The position numbers and the translations under genes were made by a program. The notes beneath the pieces were generated by a model, which saw nothing but the letters and a program-made list of their open reading frames with translations, was not told where the DNA came from and did not search any database. This document shows, in pieces, positions 28,401 to 43,300 of a stretch of 64,000 nucleotides of DNA; the stretch's first letter is position 1, and each line of letters begins with the position of its first letter. This stretch comes from Camelus ferus (lineage: Eukaryota), in NCBI RefSeq assembly GCF_009834535.1, contig NC_045696.1, positions 96,722,001-96,786,000 on the forward strand, given 5' to 3'.

Positions 28401-31337
28401 GCTTTGGCTGAAAAGGTTTCTACTCATGAGAACTTAAGAAAAAATGACAAAGCAATTAAGAATGATGCAAAAGAGGATGAGTTACAAGTGTCTTCTACAC
28501 TATGAGCATCATGTAGCCACTGACAAGCTTTCACTTCAGATGGAAAAAAACCACACAGCGACCATGGATCTGAGCTTCTCTGGCCTCAGTTCTATGTGTC
28601 TACTGTACCCAATTTCATCCTTCTTAATAAAGTTTGTTTTTTCAACTATATTAATTATTATGAGATTGTTTTAATGAACACATTATAAAAGTAAAGTTTT
28701 TCTGGAAAGCCAAGAAATACTTTTAAAAATATAATTTATACATGCGTTTTTTACTTATAAAAAAAGTAAGTTTTTTCTCCAGGAGGAAAAAAACAAGCAT
28801 CTTTTTTTTCCCTCCTTCTGCTATGTAACCCTACTCATCTGTGAAGTTATCGACCAGGCTATCTTTGTTTCTAGTAATTTCTTGACACTGTTTTCTTTGC
28901 CATTTAGCTCTTTTCTGGAATTAGATACGAACAAAATTTTCTCACTCACAGGCATGTAGTTTCTCCAACTAAAATGATTTGATAGAATCACATAATCACC
29001 ATGTTACATACAAAAGCAAAAATTTATGGCAATATTAAATGGTAAAAAATTTTGGTTTTAAGTTCTTACTTAGTTTTTTCACCATTTTCAAAATATTATC
29101 TTTCTATATTAGTTTCCTCCTCCTACCAAAACAAACTAGTTTTATGGATCAAAGAATAAAAATACACACTAATTCAGAATTTCTTCCTCTTGTGCCAACT
29201 TACACAGATTTGGAAAATAGAATGGGTTAAGGTCACTTCTGTGTTTTATCTTAGGTAAGGAAAATTTCAATAAAGAGATAGAACAAATCCTAAAACTACA
29301 ATATCCTTTATTTTTTATCTAAATACAAAAATCATAAATAGAGCTTAATTTGTTATATAAGCTTTTATATATTTTTAATGCATATAAAACAACAAAGATA
29401 TTTAAACAGAACATTTCAATGAAATCAATGCAATCAAAATGCTACATTCTGTGGAGGAAGAAGAGGTGCTCTTTTGTTTCTGTTTTTGAGAGGGTTAAGA
29501 GTGGCACAAGGGAGGCACAGGAATATCTATCCTTTGAAAAAATATCTACTTCCCTGAGTGCCTAATAATTAAGTGATGATATGTCCCCATTTACTTGGAA
29601 CAGTCCCAGTTTACAACTATTGTGTAATCATCCTTCTATTAATACCATGGATATTGTTCATTCTTAGAGCAACTTTCTTTATTCTTAACCATCATCACAG
29701 AAACTCAGGTCATTAATAAATGCTCTCCCCTAAGCTCTGAAATGCTAATATTTTAAAGCAGATTAGAATCTCACCAAGACTCTAGTCATAACTTTACAAT
29801 AGAGGTGAGGAACTGATGGCCGAAGGATAACAAATGTTTTCCGCTTGACCAGCAGTATTTTAAAAACATACGCATTCAGACTTATTTAGTCCTGAAAAAT
29901 CAAACATTTTTCCAAACTGGGCCTAAAATCTCCTTTGGAAATAATCAGCTACTGCTGCGTAGTTGCTACGGCCTTTAAAGAGGGCACATTCTGTTCCTTT
30001 CACCATTCTCTCCTCCTCACCACTGCCTTACACTGTCAGCCCAGCCTGACAGGCATTTAAATTTCAGCCCACAATCCACAACCAGTAAGTCATATCCAGT
30101 TATCTTTCCCAGAGATTTTACATTAACTACTTTGTCAATTTAACATTGTGAGCCGTTCATCAGCTTCAGCAGTAGGTCCTCCATGATTTCTACTCTACAG
30201 TTTATATACTATCAAATACAAAGTTACACAAGAACATGCATGAGAAAAAGGTCTAGAGAACTCTACACATTGAAACACCTTTCCTACCAAAGTAGTAAAT
30301 CGTTACGTACCAGTTTGGAATTGGTGACTGGTTTATTTCTTAAAGCTGGGGGTCTATAAGCTGTTGCAACTTTAGGTTCTTCATTGGGTACGTCACTTGG
30401 AACTGCTTGGTAAGTTATTGCTTTTGCTGGAAATGTTCCATCTAAAAATGGCTGCCAAGAAACCTGCCATAATTCTGCATTTGATGGCACATCATACTTG
30501 TGCAAGATTGAGCCGGTATAATGCCAAATCTTGTACCCGTTATTAACACGTAATCTGGGAGCACACGTGGCTGTTAAAATATGCTCGCCATCTGGGCACC
30601 AAGCAAAATAAGTAGAATCAGAGGCCACTGGCTTAGAAATAAGTTTGTAGTTTTTAACATCCCACACTTCCATTTGTCCCCTCAGATTTCCAAATCCAGC
30701 CAGTACTAAGATATGTCCATGAGGGCTGTAGTAGGCTGCATTACGAGGACCAGTTCCAAAGTCAAACACAGGATCACACTTCAAGTTGAAAATGGTCGCT
30801 TTGGCAGGCATGAAACCATAAACAGCACAAAACTCAGTGGAACTAGAATTCCAAACTACATCATAAATGGGACCATTTTTTGCTAGAAAAAGAAAATAAA
30901 ATCCAAATTAGCAATAAACAATTACATATAGGAATATAACATTTATCAGCACAAGTTATAATCATATAACACTTGAACATGTCAAACAGTAAAAAAAAAA
31001 AAAAAATCCAAAAATTTCAAAGTATGTTAAAATTAAAATATTTGTACATGAGGTACTATGGGGATTAATGTATAATCATAAATTTATTTAAGAATCCCTA
31101 ATGAATCTTAATTTCTTTTAAACATTTTGGCAATGTGGGCTCATAGAAGCATAGGTTATTATTATTAATAAATTTTTTTATTGGAAGAGTTAATATACGC
31201 ATATAATAATAAAAATACAAACTATATAGAAAAACATGCCACAAAAATAATCCCTCTACACAAAAGCAACCCTCTGTTATATTTTTTGCATATCCTTTTA
31301 GAATATTTTTGTTGAAATTAAGCATCTCCCTTTTAAA

Positions 31338-31382
<45 letters not shown>

Positions 31383-34300
31383 AAAACAAAGTTCTAAACC
31401 TTGTTTGTTTCATTTAATACTCTATCTTGGAAATTTTTCCACATAAGCACATTGAGCTCTGCCTCATTCTTTTCCAGTTGCACCACATTCCATTACAAAC
31501 TTTGCCGCTTATTCTCCACTGCTGAGTGTACACAAATACATCTATAGGAGAAACACTGCCTGGTCAAAGGGCACATACAATTACTTGATAATGTGCCACC
31601 AAAATGCCCTTTGAAGTTGTGCCAATTTATACTACCAATAGTTTTTGATAGCACAGATTTTCCCCTCACACTCACTCATACTGTATAGTTTCATATTTTT
31701 ATCTTTGTCAATCTACTAAGTGAAAATTTGTACCTTGTTTTCTTTTATTATAAGCTAAGCACCTTTTAATATATTTTTACATAATTTCATTTATTTTTCA
31801 GTGCACTATTTTTTACTGTCCCATACCTATTTTTCTCTCTAGTTATTAGTCTTTTATTGATACACTTGGTATATTAACAGAATATACTCATACTCATCCC
31901 ATCTGTCTAAAAAAAGCTAAATAACAATTGGGGGGAAATTAATTTATGGACTCTTTTCTTCCTCCAGTGTAGAAATCTATAACTGTATATATTAAAATTG
32001 ACCTCTTTTCCTTTATGACTTCTGCTTGGTTTAGAAAGTCTTTTCCTACTTTAGAAAAATATTCTCTCATGTTTTCTTCTAGTTCTGTAGTTTTAGGTAT
32101 AATTTTTGGCCCAATTGGTAAATAAATAGCAATAATAACATTTTGTTCCAAATAGCTAGCCAATTATCCTCAAATCATATATTAAATGATCACTATTTTC
32201 CCCCACTGATTCAAATGCTGACTTTATTATATGTCAATGGCTATGGAAGTATGGATCTATTTCTGAATTCTGTTGTGTTCCACTAATTTACCTGAATACC
32301 CATAAGCCAGAACCAAATTACCTTAATTACAATTGCCTTATATTTTAATATTTAATAGTATCAGAATTCCCTCTTCCTTACTCTTTTTTTGCAAAGCTTT
32401 CAAAACATACTTGGCATGTTTATTTTTCAATATCAACCTTAAAACCAGATTAGATTATCTAGTTATAAAAAAGAAAATATCCTGGCATTTTAATTTAATT
32501 TTTAAATTAATTTGGAGAGAAATGACATCTTTGTAAAATTCTTATTAAAGGTCATAGTTTGCACCTCAGAAGTTTTAAAGTTTTCTTCTCATCAGTCATA
32601 TACCCATCGGCCATATATATTTCTTGGTTTTTGCTGCTGTATATGGGATCTTTCCTTCTATTATGCTTTTTAAGAGGCTGCTTATACTATGACTTCATCT
32701 TTATGAGCAGAGATGGGATTCTGTTTTCTCCTTTCAAAAGGGTATATGTATTCTTTTGATCAGTTACATTGACTAGGTCTTTCAGAATATCAAATAGTGG
32801 AATGCAGAGTCATCCTTGTTTTGTTTCTGATGGGAATACACAGTTTTTCAAAGAAGGGTTATCTTACACTTATGTATTCAATTCAAAATTTTAAAATTAT
32901 GGAGTTGCCAGAATTTTAAAACTGTATTATTTTACAGTTAATTCATCAAAACAAAAGATGAAGTGGTAACATTCCTCAGTCTTGAAGATAGTGCTAAACT
33001 CAGTAGAACTATTTGCTGTCATAATTAGTTAAATAGTCCCCAAAGAGCTACTACAATGGAATTACCTCACTTAGCAAGTTCCCTACAAAAATGCAACTAA
33101 TTGGATTCTGTCAAAATATGGTATGACATTTAGAACGATTTTAAGTTTCTTAATTAAGAGGGATTTTATTTTAAAGGTGATTAAAATAGATGAGTTCTAT
33201 CACCTGATCAAATATTTAGACTGTATCATCTTTATGGCAGTCTTACTTACTACATCGATTTCACCAAAGACCGCTGGAATACTCACGTAATTGCACCACA
33301 GCACTCTCTCCGTTTGTGGCGATGTAGTGCAGCGTTTGTTCCCCATAGTAGGAAGCTCCTGTCTTGTCAACATCTGTACTAGCTATTACCAACACAGCAG
33401 TAGCTGGAGGAGTAAAAACTTCAATTAGATTTAAAACACAAATTAACCTCATGGTGATGATAAAAATATTTAAAAATGCAACAAAGCACATGTGAAGTTT
33501 CATTAAATAAGCATTGACACTTTTTTCTATACATACAGGAATATATATCTAAATTAATACTTGATAAACAAAGTGGGAGATAAAATATATTTATCATACC
33601 TTTTTTATTCCACAGCATTGTAACCTTATCAGCCTTAAAGAAACTTTTATTGGCCAAAGCTGCATGAGGTCCGTCAAAGTTAGGGTACTGATATAATCTA
33701 ACAAATGATGGTGCACCCTTACTTCCTGGAACATAGACAGCCACCTGAGACACACAGATATGAATCAGTACTAGTTTTTTTGAAGCATATAAAGTAAGAG
33801 GGACATATTTTTAGAGTCACTATAAACTAGGAAAAAGCATGATATCATAATAATCCACAGAAACAAAAACACTAGCAAGTTACCTTGTATGGCTGGGGTC
33901 CAGGTGATAACACAAAATCATTAATTTTTTTCAAATGTAATTTATTTGCAATTGTGTCTAAAAAAAAGTAAAATGGTTTTAAATTAATAATAGAAATAAT
34001 ACTGTTATTATCAATAATTTCTAATAGAAATATGTAAAATTCTGAATGCATTACAAAAGGTTAATATAATTATACATGAATACTGCTCATTATGGTCCCA
34101 TGTAGGTAAGGCAGAGCAACATAGTGGAAAAAGCATGGAGTGGGAGCAAGACAGACTTATGCTTGAACTCCTATTCAGTAACTACTGTGTGACCTTGGGC
34201 AAGTAATGGCATTATATACCTAACTCCTATTGCACAGTACCAGGCACACAGCAGGTATTCAATAAATGTCATTTCTCTTCCCTACAATCTCTGAAATAGT

Positions 34301-37300
34301 CTTAGAGCCCATTTGATGGGACAGATGATCCTAGCCTGCTACTGTAGAATGTGGGTATGAAAATTCCATTAACTAATGTGACAAATAGATCCATAACAAT
34401 GGTATCACAACAATAGTAACAATGGGTGATATTTACTGAGTGCTTACTCTGTGCCAGGCAATCAGAACCCATGTTTTGAACAATTCTGCTCCCCTGGTTA
34501 ACGGGATCAACAATTACTCTTTGTTCAAATTCAGAAATCAACAGCTGTTCAAAAATAATATGCCAAGCTGCCAACCTGGCAGCCCCCTTCTTTTGGCATA
34601 TTCATGAAGAGGCAAGTAAGAAAAGCCAGCGAGGACCCCAAAACAGTGGGGCAGAAAAAAGTCTCAAAAGCATGAAAATGTAGTGTACAGCTATAATGAT
34701 TGTCTGGATGGTGCTCAAAATCAGCCTGCATGCCACCTTTGGTACGTGTGAACAGTTACCAATCTGATCTTCCTCGGCTTATTGATGGGGTTATATCCCA
34801 ATAAGTTGAAAATATTGTAAGCTGAAAATGCGTTTCATACATCTAATCTAGTGAACATCACTGTTCAGCCTCGCCTACCTTCAATGGCTCTGGAAATTTA
34901 CATTAGTCTATAGTTGAGCGAAACTACTTAACACAAAGCCTATTTTATAATAAAGTGTTGAGTATCTCATGTAATTTATTGAATACTGTACTGAAAAACA
35001 TAATGGCTTTATGGGACCAGAATGATTATAAGCAAATCAATTGTTGACCCTTGTGATCACATGACTGACTAGGAGCTGAGGCTCACTGCTGCTGCCAGCA
35101 TCACAAAAGAGTATCATACTGCACGTCCCTAGCCCAGGAAATCATCAAAAATCAAAGTACAGTATGTACTGAATACCTATCAATTTCACACCACCATAAA
35201 GTTGAAAAATCATAAGTCTAACCATCATTAAGTTGGGGACCATCTGAACTGAAAAGTGTACTGTCACTAATGAAATACTCTAAGGACAAAAGCAACTGCA
35301 AAACTTTCTTCTTTAAATTATTTTTAGTAATCATGATATTGGTGTTGCTGTTGGTATTGCTATTCTAAGAATACTATGTGGTCAATGTAGAACAAAGTAA
35401 ATGAGTAATTATGTGAATGTGATGGTCTCAAATTATCACCCCTGGTATCTCAGAAAACCAGATTCTTGGTGCTGGCAAAAGGCAATACAAATATATAAGA
35501 TAAGAAAGGGGGAAAAAAAAGGCCTGATCAAAACAGTAGCAATGAGAACCCCCTACACCCAGAATGTGGTCTCTAAATACCATTTTCCACTAAAAGGGAG
35601 CAGAGTATTTTGAAGAACTGGCTGATTCTAGGTGTACAGCAAGAAACATACAAGCTAATGCTAGAACAACTTGTTTTACCATATGGCAAAGAAGTCACTA
35701 AAGACTAACTGACCAATGATGGGACAATTTAAGCATCAATAAGAGTAATAATTAAAATGGATTGAAACACATCATGTATGTTTAAATTCATAGTTCATAA
35801 GATTGGGGGGGTACTAATTACTTGCAATAAAGATTGCTAGAGAAAGAATTCATTTTATTAAAAGTGATAAAGGGAAAGAATATCTTGCCTTTCCCATATA
35901 AATGGTATCACTAGGTAACCAAATAGCAGATGCGGGAATTTCTCTCTGTAGAGGTAGCAGAGCTAATAAATGAGAGGAGGAGGAGGAAAACTATGTTAAT
36001 CACCATTTACAACACTCATGAAATAATGGATCTAAGCATGAAACATTAATGCCAGCTAGCCATATAAAATTAAAAATAATAGAAATTATGTGCTTCCTCA
36101 TCTCCCCACCACTGCCAAAAAAAAAACAAAACAAAACCTTAAAGCTGACCAACTCTAGATCCAAAGAGCTATTTACAGGAGGGAAATGAACATGTTAAAT
36201 TACAGAATGGGATAGAATTATAGAATAGCAAAATTCAAACTACGGTAAAATATATAAGACAAGTAATCTTGTCTCTTAAATAATAAATTGCAAAGGGGGA
36301 AAAATGGAGAGGAAATCTATAGCTTAAAGAAACTTAAAAGATATATAAATCAATTAAAACGTGAAGGACCTCATCTGGATCCTGAGTTTAAAAATATATA
36401 TAGGTAACAACTGCAATTATTAGAAATTTGAACACTGACCAGATATTTTATAACCTGTGATAATGGAATTGTGGCCAAGTTTTTTTTTTTTTTAAATTAA
36501 GAGCCCTAACTTTCAGAGATACATACTGAAATATTTCCAGATAAAATTATATGATGTCTATCATTTGCTTCAGCAGGGAAGAGATGGTAGGTGGCTAGAT
36601 GTGAGGATGAGGTAGAACTGGAAATGCGCTGATGATTATTGGGACTAGGTATGTACTTTTGTGTCTGAAATTCTACACAATAAAACATTTTAAAATTTGT
36701 ATCTCAGAATTTCAGTAGACTAAACTCAGAAAGAGGTATTCAAATGTCTTAATTTAACAGTAGTTATTAGACAGCAAACAGTTATTATAAAAGAAAATCT
36801 TTGTGTTACAATATTTTACTAGCATTTAGACTTAGTTACTTAAATGAATTATTGTAACAGCAATTATTAATATATTAACAGTATTTAGGAGAACCATATG
36901 ATGCCATAAAAAGCAATAAAAACTGGACATATTTATAGTAAATAATAAAATTATTTCATAAATCTTTCCATACTAAAATTGTTGTTTTCAAAGAAATGAA
37001 CTTCATTGTTAACATTTCGGGCACAAAGAGTTTCATCTTCTGACCAGGATGGACACCTACATTGAAAAGAAAGAATATAAAAAAAAATTTTAATAGAATG
37101 TAACATCATATGTTAAAACATTAAAGTTTGCAATTCTGTTTACTATTTAAGGAAAAATACTTATGATGTCAAGTCAGTTACTAATAGTTTTAGTCAGAGT
37201 ATGTAATAAAAAAACACTGTCCCTTTTCATTCAAACACTAAACAAAAGTAAGATGATGTTTTTTACTATATTACATTCCTATATACAAAATCCTTAAAGA

Positions 37301-40300
37301 TCTAGATTTTTATCTAAATTATTTTCTAAATCAATATCAGAGAAACAAATATTATACAATATATTTAAAATATCTTAAAATAATTAGTATTTTAAAGCAT
37401 TTATTTACCAATTTTGCATTTTTTTCTGGATGAAAGACTTCAGACATGTCCCAGTTTTCACATCATAAAGTTGCAGGTTGGGTATCCCAGCTGTATCATC
37501 TTTAGAAGCTGCCATAAAAACAAACTTTTTTGCAGTAAAGTAGTAAAAGGGTTTCATTCTTACAAGAAATTTGAAAAGGACTATAAAGATCAAATAAAAG
37601 AGTTGCTTTAAATCAACTTTCCTCTCTGGCTTTAACTATGGATTTAATCATCCATTCCTAAAGCCATGATACTATGACAACTATTTGAGAAGTTTAGTAT
37701 TTCTAAAATGAGTTAATTACTACAGATTTTAAGAATACTTAAGGGATTTCTTATTTATGAAGTTTAACAAAGTTTGCTGTTAAATGGATTGAAGTGTCTT
37801 ATTATAAAAGCTGTGTCTGTAAGTCACACACATGAAAAAAAGTTATATAAAACCACTCATAATTCTCAATTGATTCTCAATTTCCCTTTTATTTACTTGG
37901 AAAAATAAAATTCATTAGAATCTGTGCCTCTTGGAAGAACAAACTCAGGAGGTTTATAATCCAATAATGAACTATTATCATATATCTATTCAACAATATC
38001 CACATTATTACAAAATGTTTCTTGAAATAAGCCCCTATACCAGTTCCCAATATTTTATTACTCATCTATGAAGCACAGCTATATAAAATGCTCATATTAT
38101 TATATCTTTAAATGTGTTATAAAACTGCACACTATTTCCTACTCTTTCTCATACCATATACATTTCTTAGATGTGTCTACTGTACTTCCTCCACTTATGA
38201 TGATTATATAAAAGATTTTTCATTTTAAAGGTCATTATTGTTCTTGATTTTTGAGATCTTCTCTATCTAGTGGTTATCTACTTTCTAAAATTTCCCTTGA
38301 GTTTTTTACCCTCTATCTCATGATGGATCTTTTTATTAACTTACTATACCTTGAAATTACTTGAAGGATATTGTATATGGGGTATACAAGATTCATTGTT
38401 GATTAAAAATATTTATAAACACTATTTACTACCATAAAGATTAATTATTTTCTTCTGGGGGGATTAGGTTTATTTATTTATGTATTTATTTTTAGTGGGG
38501 GTACTGGGGATTAAACCCAGGACCTCATGCATGCTAAGCACACACTCTACCATTGAGTTATACCCTCCCCTCCTAATTACTTTCTTATAACCTTCTTTTT
38601 TCCCCACTGAATTGACTTGGTCTTGTCAGAATATTGTTACAACTGGGAAATACTTACTAGTGTAAGGCTGCCATGTTGCCAGGACAGTGTTTTTTGGCGA
38701 GAACTCAAGGCAAACTGTCTTTGGAAGGTCGAAGGAGTGCAGTAGTCCCTTGGTAGTGACATTGATAACATTTATTCTGGTTTCAAAAGAAATTACTTCA
38801 GCAATGAAATATTGTTTCACAATAACCAGCACTATCCAAAACATTCATACTTCTTTTCAAATACAGATCACTCTAAAGTGCATTTTTCATAAAAATCAAT
38901 TTTCAGTTAGTTCTAGAAAATATCCAATAAACACTTTAAAAAATGTACATTTTGCCAAAAGGCCCCCATAAAAGGCTAGTGCTGGGAAATAATACAGAAT
39001 TAGCAGAAAGGTAGAAGAGATGATTCCATCTTCAGCTGAAGAGGAAACAACAGGCCTTTACATGAACACAGAGCAAACCTACAGACAAGCCGAGGGCTAT
39101 CAAACCCAAGAGAAAACAGACGTGCTAAAGGAAAAGTATATTTTTAAATCTGAGTAAATGGAAACTAGCAGCTGGAAAAATCAGCAAGTAGACTTTTGAT
39201 GTTTTATTAAAATTTCAGCAGTAGTCTCCAAAAGATATGACTAAGAATCACCATGGTACAATAATGACAGAAATGACAACATTGTATAAAAAAGTAGTTT
39301 CCATTTTGGGGGATGTTTTCTATGTATCATGTTCTGGTTTGACCACCTTATGTACATTTCCTCACTTAATCCTCATAACAGTTTTATAAGATAGATATTA
39401 TCATCTCCATTTTACAAATGGTAAAACTGAAGCTTAGAAAACTTAAATAAGCTTAAGATTTGCCCAAGATCATTCTACTAATAAATTCCATAGCAAAGCT
39501 TTGAAACCTGTTTAGCCTGACTTGTTGTTATGTACTCTTTAGGGGGCAAAAAAACAAAACAAAACTCCATTTCATTCCAGAAATTGCTTACAGTTACTTT
39601 GTTCAACTTAAGTTTGAGGACACTGGGTTAGGATATGCAGAAACTGATAAGCACAATTACTACGTATTGTTTAAAGACACCCCCCCCCACATATGCTTAC
39701 AACTATAGATTCTTTACAACTTAACTGTAAATGATATATTTTAGAATTACATGAAGCTTTCTTTTTTGTTGTTGTTGATAATCTTTAATAGTTATTCTTA
39801 GTTTAATGAAGGGCATTTATTTTAACTAAAAAAAAATACATACTTAAGGAAAAATCAGTTATAGCTTCAGATTTAATTAACCATGAACTCAGCAAACAGC
39901 ACAGTCAATACTTGATACCTGCTTCTCTTGCCCCAGGAATAACATGTATTGTTGTGGCCTCAGATCCTTAGGGAAATAAATGCTAGGACCCAGGTAAAAA
40001 AAAATCTATTAAGAGGATAAACACAACATACGGGGACATATAAAAGGACAGAGTTGAGTTCAATAGAATGCCAAGAGAAGATACGAATGAAGTATATAAA
40101 ATAATTAATAATAATTGCCAAAATGAAAACAGACCTAATAAACTCCAAGTTGTAGAATAACAGATACCTCAAAAAAGATAACAGATAATGAAAAGACGTA
40201 TGGTATGTCCTATTAGGTAGTAAATTTTTACCAACTCATGATTCAAAAATAGTATAAACTAAAATATGTATTAAAAAATGAAAACCCAAATATCCACAAT

Positions 40301-43300
40301 AGGGTACACTTACAGAAATAAGAAAAATTGAGAGTGCATCCTTTCTTTGAGGCTGAGATTAAGATTGTCTGTTAACATTGTAGATAAGACCCAATATAAT
40401 TATATTCTTAATAATCTGAGAGTAGTAGTTTATTGGTTAGATTCAATAACTTTCAAAAAATTTAAAAAACTGATAAATCTTTTTAATTTTAAAAGTTAAT
40501 TCTGCTAGCTACTTTAGTAATAAAAAGTGAATCAACTAGTTCAACAATCTTTTTAGCATTTTTAAAAATCAGGTGTTTAATCCAATCTGACTTAATAGTT
40601 GAAAGATCTAAGACTACGTTACTGCTGTGTAATAAACATGTAAAATGTATTTTTCAAACTGATGTATGCATTCTCTCCTTTTTAAAAGTCTAAGATACTT
40701 TATCTGGCTAAAAACAAAAACAAAAACAAAAAGAACTTTAAATCAAGCAACAAATATTTGGGCATTTTCTTGGTTCTGTGAACTGAAATGTAGTGACTAT
40801 GGAAAAACTGAAAAGGATTGGTTTTCTAAGTGAAATTATGAGCATTTAATCAACATACTTATTTTCTGCAAGACCAATTTTGTAATCTGATTATTTTATG
40901 TAATATAGACCATACAAAACATACATTTGAATAAGTTATAAAATACTTAGATGATATTGCCATTATACACAATAAAACTAACAGCAATAAATATAGACAT
41001 TTGTTACTAACTTAACAGTAAAGACAAAGTATCTAAATCTAAGGTAAACAAGCAAAAAGAATTATTCTCTAAATGTTAGTGCAGAATTTAAGAAACCCTA
41101 ACCAATAACTTAGAGCACTATTTAAAACCACCTCTCAGCTTCTTTAGCATTAAATTAATTGTACTTTTTCATGTTACCTTTTAATTCTAGGTACTAAATA
41201 ACTCAACTAAGTCATAGCACATAAATATAAACTAACACCTTTCAAGGTGTTCTATAGAAGTTATGTTGGAGATAATACCTAACCCCACCAAGATATTAAA
41301 AGACATACTTTATTAATGACACCCAACTACATGTTATATTCAAATAATGTCAGTTATATTTTATATTCAAGACACGCACATAAAATGTTATATAAATGAA
41401 CACTAACTTTTCTCCATTGCTCCAGGCAAACAAGGTTCCATCCTTACTAAAGGAATAGACTTTGCAATTTTTCCCAGATTCCCTGAAAATAAGAAGAAAG
41501 TTTAAATTAATAAGCAATAATCCTTTTCTAAAAAATCTGATTAAAAAATCTTGCTATTAATTTAATGACTAAAAACTTCCATAAATATTAGAAAATAATT
41601 AAAAAATGATTTAGTCCACCAAAATACTTTTCCTCTTAAAGTGCAGTGCCAACTATCACTGTAAAGTAAGCTGGAGATTGATTTTATACCAACAGATCAA
41701 TCTTAAGTAAGAAAAAGAGCTCTTTTGTGTGCATAACTAGCGAATGTGGAGGTTACCAACTGTCAGTCCTGACCTCGAGAAGGCTGAAGGATTTCAACAG
41801 GGGGAGTTTATGAAGAATTTCCCAGACCACCTGCATAACAAAATAATGGTGGATAGAATATCCTCACCTGGCAACAAGGACCCCTGGATTTGAAGGACAT
41901 AGACCTTCCATCAATTTCTCATGTGTAGAGAAAGAAAATTTAACAACAATAAGAGGATCTTCACATTAAGTAAATGTAGATGCAGGATTCTGGACAAAAA
42001 CTGACTTGTGGAAATCGGACTTCTCGGCAATCTTCTAACAAATGATCAAAATTCTAAGTACTGTATTTCCCAACTGGAGATAGCTACTCCCAGTACGTGT
42101 TCTAGTCGTAACGAAGATCCAAACAGAAATGTGTGGGTTCGTACATGTAAATGACCTTACGTGTAGTCATGACATTAGATCAGAACTTTGTGGCTAATAA
42201 ATATTTGAATTGTTAAATAATAATGCACTGAGAATTGACCAATATACCCTTCTTAAATTGGACACTATTTTTGCATTAATTCATCTGAAGATGACATTAA
42301 CACAAGATAATGGTAGTTTATCCTTGTGTAGTTACTGAAACATTTTTTTCCTCTCTCACACAAACAACTATGATCAAGATGTCCATCCTATACTTGTGCA
42401 ACTCATTTCTGAAACTTAAGGCAGAATTTTACAATTATTCTTATTAAATTCTACTCATGTGTTGGCCTATTATTCCAGCCTACTGAGATCTACTTACATC
42501 TTTATTTTCTTTTTTAAAATATTTGTCATTCCACCCAGATTTATGTAATATTTAAATTATAAAATGTCAATCTAAGCTAGCATCTAAATTAATTATAATG
42601 TTGGATGACCTCTGAACAAGTCTCTGTGGTTCACCAGTAGTCCTTCCCTCAAGAACCCTCCTACACTGTTGGTGGGAGTGTAGACTGGTGCAGCCACTAT
42701 GGAGGACAGTATGGAAGTTCCTTAAAAAACTGAAAATTGACTTACCATGTGATCCAGCAATCCCACTCCTGGGCATATATCCGGAGAAAAATAAAATTCA
42801 AAAAGACACATGTACCCCAATGTTCACAGCAGCACTATTTATGATAGCCAAGACATGGAAACAACCCAAATGTCCATCAACAGATGACTGGATAAAGAAG
42901 ATGTGGTACATATATACAATGGAACACTACTCCGCTATAAAAAAGAATAAAATAATGCAATTTGCAGCAATATGGATGGACCTGAAGATTGTCATTCTAA
43001 GTGAAGTGTGCCGGAAAGAGAAAAAAAAAATGCCATATGATGTTTTTTATATAAGGAATCTAAACAATAATAACAATAATAATAAGGACACAAATGAACT
43101 ACTTATTATTTATAACTAAGATGACTGATTTCTTGAATATGTGTAAGCACATTTGACTGTCCTTTATGATTGGATTACCGCATTCTATTGATTTTTATTT
43201 TGTCGTTGGCTTTATTCCTTTGATAACTATGTAAGTTTAAAAAGCTAAAGCTCTTATCTGTTCTTAGAAACAATAATTAGTATATACATGTAAACTAAAA